Assembly: GCA_002245135.1 (NCBI GenBank)
Contig: NGBS01001173.1
Location: 62,001-126,000, forward strand
Length of the DNA stretch: 64,000 nucleotides
Direction: 5' to 3'
From: Proteromonas lacertae
Taxonomy: Eukaryota
Shown here: in pieces, positions 56,785 to 64,000 of the stretch
Position numbering within the stretch: the stretch's first letter is position 1
How the letters are laid out: the number at the start of each line of letters is the position of its first letter
Position numbers and translations under genes: made by a program
The notes under the pieces: generated by a model
The model's input: the letters and a program-made list of their open reading frames with translations, nothing else
What the model was told of the DNA's origin: nothing
Database searches by the model: none

Positions 56785-56844
56785 TTTTTATAAACTCATA
56801 TATCAAATCAGAGTTCAAGCTTTTATATTATTTCTTCTAATATA

Positions 56845-57813
56845 ATGTTACCCCAAAAGAAAATAAGAGTTTTGGAAGGACATCAAGGTCGAATAAACAG
56901 TGTAAGATTTACAGGTATTATCTATATTATCATAAATAGAAAAGGGAACATTTTGCATGTCTTGTGGCCAAGATAAATGCATAAAATTATGGAATCCATT
57001 TAGAGATACTGAAGATGGTAAAGGTTTTCTAATAAAGAATTATCAGGGCCCTCATGGTTACGGAGTTTATGATGTAGCAATGTATATTTGAATTTATATT
57101 CTTTTCTGTTATATAGAAGTCATGATAATAGTGTATTTGCATCATGTGGTCAAGAAAAAGAAATATTTCTTTGGGATGTTTCAACATCAAAAATTCTACG
57201 AAGATTCGCAGGACATGATCAAAGAGTCAATACAGTACAATTTAACTTCGAATCAACAGTATTAGTATCAGGTTCATATGATACAACAATTAAGTGTTGG
57301 GATATGCGAACCAACAATTATAAACCCATCCAAGAGATGAGAGATTCAAAGGACTCTGTGTCTTCTATTGTAGTTACTAATAATTTTATATTAGCTGGAT
57401 GTATTGATGATAAAGTAAGGATATATGATATAAGATCAGGAATATTAAGAACAGATGATTTACATTGTGCAGTAACTAGTGTGTTTGTTAGTTATGATAA
57501 TAGATGTTATTTAGCATCATGTACTGATAATAAAATAAGGTTAATTGATGTAGAAACAGGAATGTTATTACAGAAATATGTTGGTCATGATTGTGATAGT
57601 TTGAAGGTAGATTGTTGTATGTCGAATGATGATAACACCATTATTTGTGGTAGTAAAGATGGAAGTATATATTTCTGGGATTTAATGAGTGGCAATGTAA
57701 AACAAAAACTATTAGCTCATAAAAGTAATGTGAGTTGTGTAAATTATCATCCTAAGAATAATGTGATATTGTCAAGCTCTTATGATGGTACAATTGGTGT
57801 TTGGAGTTCATAA
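56845..57813 (+). CDS. WDR83: WD-repeat protein 83 / MORG1-like
   Basis: Three exons: GHQGRINSVRF, MSCGQDKCIKLWNP, HGYGVYDVA, RRFAGHDQRVNTVQFNFESTVLVSGSYD, PIQEMRDSKDSVSS. Confidence 0.85.
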
Positions 57814-58454
57814 TTTAATAATCTTGTGTAATTTTTTCTATTTTTTATAAATTTGTTTGTTATTACTGAATATTATTGTTACTGAATATAAATAATATGT
57901 TCATTTTATAAGTATATAGTTAAATTTAAATCTCGATTGATTTAATTATGGCATTATTTAAAGCATATATCATTTAATTTATTCATACAATAAAATATTA
58001 CAGTATACTTACAAAAATAAAATAACCAAATATGTTACAAAAATTTTCGAACCCCTAAATATAAATTATGTTGTTTTCTTTCTATACAAACATTTATGTA
58101 AGCTAAAAAGAAGATATATTCTTCTTCGCCTGCTATATAATATGTTATATAGGTTTAATGGTGGAAATAAGTAATCATTAAATCAAATTATACATCTTTT
58201 ACTAAATTGTAGATATAATAGGATTTCCTGTGAAAGTATAGCTAAACTAATATTCTTGATCTTTTAAATAGATTACTAACAATGAGAGTTTAAAAGAAAA
58301 CATTAGGCTAAATAATGCTAATATATAAAAATGTTTGCTCAATAAAGCAAATAAATGTTTCAAAACATAAATAAAAAGTGAATAATGTGAAACGTTAATG
58401 AGAGAGATGAATTTATAGTCGTTTTATGCCGTTTAAGAATTGTAGTTTGATTTT

Positions 58455-61400
58455 ATGAAAATTCTGCTTACTTTCATCTTCTTATTCAACCTTTGTAGTT
58501 GTTTAAAAATTAATGTTGGTTATCTATACGATGGTGCAGCTAATTATTATGATTTGTTTCAAAAATTAGGTTGATAGCTACCAGTCAGAATTGAATATAG
58601 CAATAACTCCAACAGATAAAGATGCAAGCTGATCATGACAAATATGAAGCTGCTGTACAACAATTAAAAACTAGTAAGATAACTATTGCGTTTGGGACAT
58701 TTGAAATGGATGATCCTGCTTGGTATGATGATATTGCTAGATCGGCTGGAGTTTATATATTCAACAGTTTGTTAAATTACAATGTTACCGTCTGCCTTAC
58801 TAATATTATAATTAATCGTTCTCCATGCGATTCAGATAATTCAGGTATTCATTTGGTATATATTATATAGGCTCTGAACACTTTTCTCAAGAATTTAAAG
58901 TCCATACTGTATTTGTTTCTGAAAACTCACCTGTACAACCTTGTTTAGAAGATGCTGGTCAATGCGTAAAGTCAAAAGGATTTGATTTGAATGAGATTAA
59001 GTATGATGCTACTACTGTTGAAGATGAGTTTATAAAAGTGAAAACTAATTATCCAGAAGGATCTACTATATATGTATATGTAGAAAAAGCTCAAGAAACT
59101 GCATTAGTTACAGCATATCAAACTGCAGGACTAACATCTGACAAATATCCTCTTGTTTTCTTTCATGATGCTACTTACTCAGATATTATAAGTAATGCAT
59201 TCAATAAAGGTCATTATTTAATGACTGAATTACACGATTTATCAATGGATGCAAATATTGAAGCATTAATGGAAGTGAATGGTGATAAGAATCACAGAAA
59301 TTATGATGCTTTATACTTGTATGATAATTTAGTTTTTATTTCTTAAAAATAGATTAGGAATGATTCATATATACTTCAACAAAGCCAAATCATTAGATTC
59401 TACTGATACTGCAAGTATTATCTATGGATTATATTATACAAACTACAAAATCAACAACACTGAATTTGAATTGTTTCCTAACAATCGTGTTATGACAAAT
59501 TCATTATTAATTAAATTCAATGGAGCTAATACTGAACCAGATGTTACTGTTTTACCAATGCCAGATAGAATACAATACAGTACATCTCCTGGTCGTCCAG
59601 CTATTAATATATGTAATCATTTAGATGATAATCCAATAGCTTCTGCTATTTATGTCATTTTTATGGTTTATACTTCTGGTGAATATAAAGAAGTTGAAAG
59701 GGGTATTTTAGATGCAATGTCTGTTGCTGTAAAATATATTAATGGAAATAGTATGTTGCTAAACAAAGAAATTGTTCCTATTTATATTGATGCTAATCAA
59801 GAAGTTGATGTTATTATAAAAGCTACCAATCAAATAGAAGAAAAACTAAAAGTTGTTGCTCTATTCACCACTTTGGTATTGGATGATTTTAATACAATTA
59901 TAGAAAGTATATATTTATTATTTATTGCTATATTCATATAGAAAAACAATTTACATATCCAGTTTATTCATTGTTAAACACACCTGGTGAAAAGTGTACT
60001 AATACTTATTTATCAATATCTTTTTTATTTTCTATTTACAATATATTATTATGATTCTTTAACTTTATATAAACTGGTCTACCAATATCATTATCCTTTG
60101 AAATTGTCAATGAAAACTTCTTAAGAAATCAAAATCCAAATGTATTTGTCTTATACAGTGATAAATACTTTGGAAGTGTTGCTTATGAAGCTTTAAGCAC
60201 TTTAATCGTAAATGAAAACATTAATAAAATTGGTGAATATATGTTTGAAGAAAACACAGCTGCTCAAAGTGTAAATGCTTGTTCATCAATATATGAAAGT
60301 TGTACTGATAGTATATATTTTATCTATATTTATTTTATATATATAGATTGTTATATTATTGATATTGCTGAAAGAGAATATGATACATTATTCTTTTCCA
60401 ATTGTTTTATGAGTAATACATCAATCATGAAATCTGAAAGATTTACAGTATTTTCATTTACTGTGGATGAAAATGAGTTAAATATTTTGAAGGATTTACC
60501 AGAAGTAAGTGGTAATATATCCAATTTAGACGGTCATTATGTAGTTTCATATTACTTTGATTCTATGGATAGTGAAATTGGCAAATCAATAAAAGCATCT
60601 TTAAAAGAAAATTTCTATTATAAAGAGTTTACTTCAATTATGGCAACTGCATATAATACTATTTTCTTATGGGAAGAAGCTGTAAAAATTGCTCATTCTT
60701 TTGATTATGAACTAGTTAAAAAGTATTGATATTATTTTATTAGTATTAATATTTTTTATTGTAGATCAATTACTCAAACACATTATGAAGGTGCTGGAGG
60801 AAAATTTTCAATTAATAAGAAAGGTGTAATTAGTGCACAAATCCACATTGGAATTGTATTAATATTATATATATTTATTTATTTATATTTCTATTTAGAT
60901 AAACAATGGAACAATACAATTAGTTTCTTATAGTTATTACTTAACTAATGGATTTGTTTTTACAAACAGAGATCAAACATGTGATTATCAATCTGGAATT
61001 GCATCAGCACAACCAACAAAATATGTTGGATTCTTTGTGAATAGTGATGGTTATATTGGACAATTAATGAATGCTTATACTAAAGCAATACCTATTGTTG
61101 TTGATTTCTTAAACGATCAAGGAGGTTCAAATGGAATTATTATTCAATTGTTATATTTAGATATAGAAAAATTCAACAATGAAGAATATATGAATGAAAT
61201 GGATAAAAAAGTATTAATCTATCTTGGAACTAATTCAAACGATTTTAGAAGTAGAGTTCAACAATTTGTATATAAGAAAAAGAAGATGTTATTTAGTTTA
61301 ATGCCAGTAACAGGTGAACAATGTTTATCAAATGTTATTAATGTTGGTAGACTTCCTCATCATTATCATCCTCATATGTTGGTTTATCATTTCATTCGAT

Positions 61401-64000
61401 CTGTTAATTGTGCTTTTGTTGCTGCTTGGGATGAGTATATTTATTTGTGTTATAATATTTGTTATAGAAATGATTATGGAACTTCAATAGCGCAATTAAT
61501 TTATCAAGCTGCTAAAACATACAAGGGAATTAATTGTAGTTATTTTATGTTTAATGGTACTGAAGGAATATCTGATTTAGTTGGTAATTTAACTGCAAAT
61601 GTTTCTCAAGATGCAACAATTTTTACTTTTGCTGGAATATTTACTGAAAATTTATTAGGTGAATTATATAGTTTAGATAGTAATTATACTATTGTTTTAG
61701 CTGATCAATTTGAATCTTTAATAGTAGAAAGTAAACATCAAGAATACTATAAAGGAGTTTATATTGCAAGTAGTTATTTATCAGAAGATAATAGTAATGA
61801 GAATTATGTATTAAAAGATTTGATAACTAACCAATATGGTATTGTTACACACTGTATGAATGAAATCACTACAAAAATGTATATTACTAATGTATTTAAT
61901 TATCTAATAATAGTCAAGCTTCTATATTATTCTTCAATGACGCTGTTGCTAAAACTGGTTCAACTGATCCATTTACCATTAGAAAACAATTTTATAAACT
62001 TACAGAATCAACTGCTCAAGGTGATACAACTATCGATAATAATAATATTATGTCAACTAAGTTCATAATGGGTAGAGTAAATGATGATTATGGAATTGAC
62101 ATTGTTGCTAAGTCACCATATCCATTACTAGTTAATCCATTCTCTGAATATGTATATTTTTATTTGATTATATATAGCTGACTAATTTTCAAGAGTATAA
62201 AACTTGCAAATTTGAGGAGATGGTTGAATCAGATTCTGATGTTTATAATGAAGATGCTTATGTAGTTGATGATGATGTTCTAAGAGTTGAAATTATTATA
62301 AACGAAGGACAAGAAGATTTAACACTGTTTCTAGTTTTATCCACAATTTTAATGAAACAGAATAATAATGGAGGATTTTTAGATAGAAAGATAGTTGCAG
62401 AAAGATTATATTGTCCTAAAACAAACTCAACAGAAGACATAGAAACATTAGAAATAGAAATAGAGAATAGAACATCATCATTTCTTATTAGTAACTGCAA
62501 AGAAGAATTGATACAACCTGTCTTTGAATATTTCGTAGGTAAGAATATCTTGTTCTTTGATATAACTGATAGTGATGCTACAAATTGTGTTAATAATATG
62601 TATGTTTATATATATATATTTAATATATAGTCTTGTATTTGGTTCAACACCTCCTCAACGTACAATTCCTAATTTGTTCTATTTAAGAAAGACAAGAGAT
62701 GATTTTTACTTCCTCATATTAGCACCTGAATCATATAAAACATCCAATGAAATACAATTAGTTACTTCAATGATAAATGAATTAACTGGAACTTATAGAA
62801 CTTTTTATGTTTCAACAACTGATGAGATTATATCAACAATGCAAAATTCAAGAGTGTATTTTTCATCAGGTTTTATTGTATTGAATTATCTTACAGGTGA
62901 TTTATTCCGTGATGTTTATCAATGTTTGAATGAAACTTACAGTGATTTAGATAAAGAGTATTTTGAACAGCATTATATAGTTGTTACACCGAATGGTGAT
63001 GAATTTAGAAAATTACCACCAGCATTATCACATCATAATCTTTTAATTACATCTTATTTTGTTGATCATATTGAAGGAAATATTATGTCTTCAGGATTAC
63101 ATAACTTACTTGGAAATGATCATTTTATTACAGAAAATGAATTGAAGGTATATGTTGCTGCAGATTATTTCTTAAATGCTTTACTTTCATGCTTATCTGA
63201 GAATGTGACAATATTAAGAGATAAAATAATAGAAACTCATTATACAACACCAATTGGAGATGTCAATATTCGTGAATCATTATATCCTGATTTACCTGTC
63301 ATTTTATTAACTTCAAATAATGGAAAAGTAGAATTGGAAGCTGTATTGTCTAAACAATGGCATTCTGAATTATTCAGAAGAAATGCATTTAATCCAACAT
63401 CATATTCAACTTGTAGTTATACATCCTCTCATTTTATTGAATATGAATATACAAAGATTATATTAGCTTTACCAATAAGTGGTGAATTGAAAGAATATGG
63501 TGCAGATACAGTAATTGGATTATATGCAGGAGTTGATAAAGTCAATTATGATGCTAGTTATGATGCAAGAACATTATTATCTCATGTTGTTGATATTGGC
63601 TCAGATACAGAAACATTAGTTGAGAAGTTAACAAATGCTACAGAGAAATATAATTCATCTGTTATATTTGGATTATATGGAAGTGATCAAAGAAAAGCAA
63701 TAATGCCATTACTACATGATGAAGATGATGAATTGATGTTATTCTATTTATTTGATAATGAAGGTGAAGAATGTGATTCTAATATAGTTTATATGGGACC
63801 TTCTGTTTATAGTAATACAATATTAATACCATGGATTCAATCCAATCTTGGCAATTCATTAATTATATTGTATCATACAACCACTGAACAACAAGCTATG
63901 TATAGATATTATAAAAGACATTTAGAATTAAGAGGAATGACATTAGTTGATGCTGTTCCAATTAATTTAGGAGTTACTGATATGTCTTATATTGTGAGTA
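58455..64000 (+). CDS. Secreted/membrane protein with at least 5 tandem UrtA/AmiC-like periplasmic-binding (Venus flytrap) domains; runs off the window
   Basis: Signal peptide MKILLTFIFLFNLCSC. Repeated type-I PBP motifs, e.g. LALPISGELKEYG...VVDIGSDTETLVEKL...VIFGLYGSDQRKAIMP...EGEECDSNIVYMG. About 10 introns; two +1 shifts are needed near the 5' end. Confidence 0.75.
60016..60072 (+). other. Probable U12-type (minor) intron with AT-AA termini
   Basis: A 57-nt AT-rich insert with two in-frame stops and no AG acceptor. It starts ATATCTTT and has a branch-like TTCTTTAAC at 60055-60063. Removing it restores GEKC-x7-G spacing. Confidence 0.65.

Noticed and set aside
57866..58454. Longest intergenic stretch as a possible ncRNA or hidden gene
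   Set aside because: It is AT-rich with no convincing spliced ORF, tRNA fold or recognisable RNA motif by eye.
5628..58632. Stop-codon reassignment (alternative genetic code)
   Set aside because: In-frame readthrough does not restore the proteins at the four sites. TAA, TAG and TGA all end genes normally here, and other in-frame stops fall inside introns.

Overview
This is a very AT-rich, gene-dense eukaryotic (protist) window with many tiny spliceosomal introns (mostly 25-50 nt, GTAT...TAG), short intergenic spaces and head-to-head promoters of 60-130 bp. The intron size, a U12-like intron, complex I assembly and centriole/flagellar genes fit a Blastocystis/Proteromonas-like stramenopile; this is inference, not proven. 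I hand-spliced 16 protein-coding genes: a Nup214-like FG nucleoporin, a membrane protein, a 3R-Myb, Rad6/UBC2, a C2/Zn-ribbon protein, a small protein and its giant paralog carrying a ~21 kb coding tandem array (~129 x 162-168 bp), TTLL6/13, a pseudo-nicotinamidase-ANK-RyR-PKD channel, a pseudokinase-LRR / pseudokinase-TPR pair with repeat-aligned exons, WDR90, a CEP43/FOP-like gene, NDUFAF1, WDR83, and a multi-UrtA/AmiC-like binding protein. The most striking signal is at four sites in three otherwise intact genes: the frame hits an internal stop (TAA, TAG, TGA, TGA) and the protein continues if the first T of the stop is skipped. This resembles Euplotes-type +1 frameshifting at internal stops, but assembly indels or pseudogenisation are not excluded.
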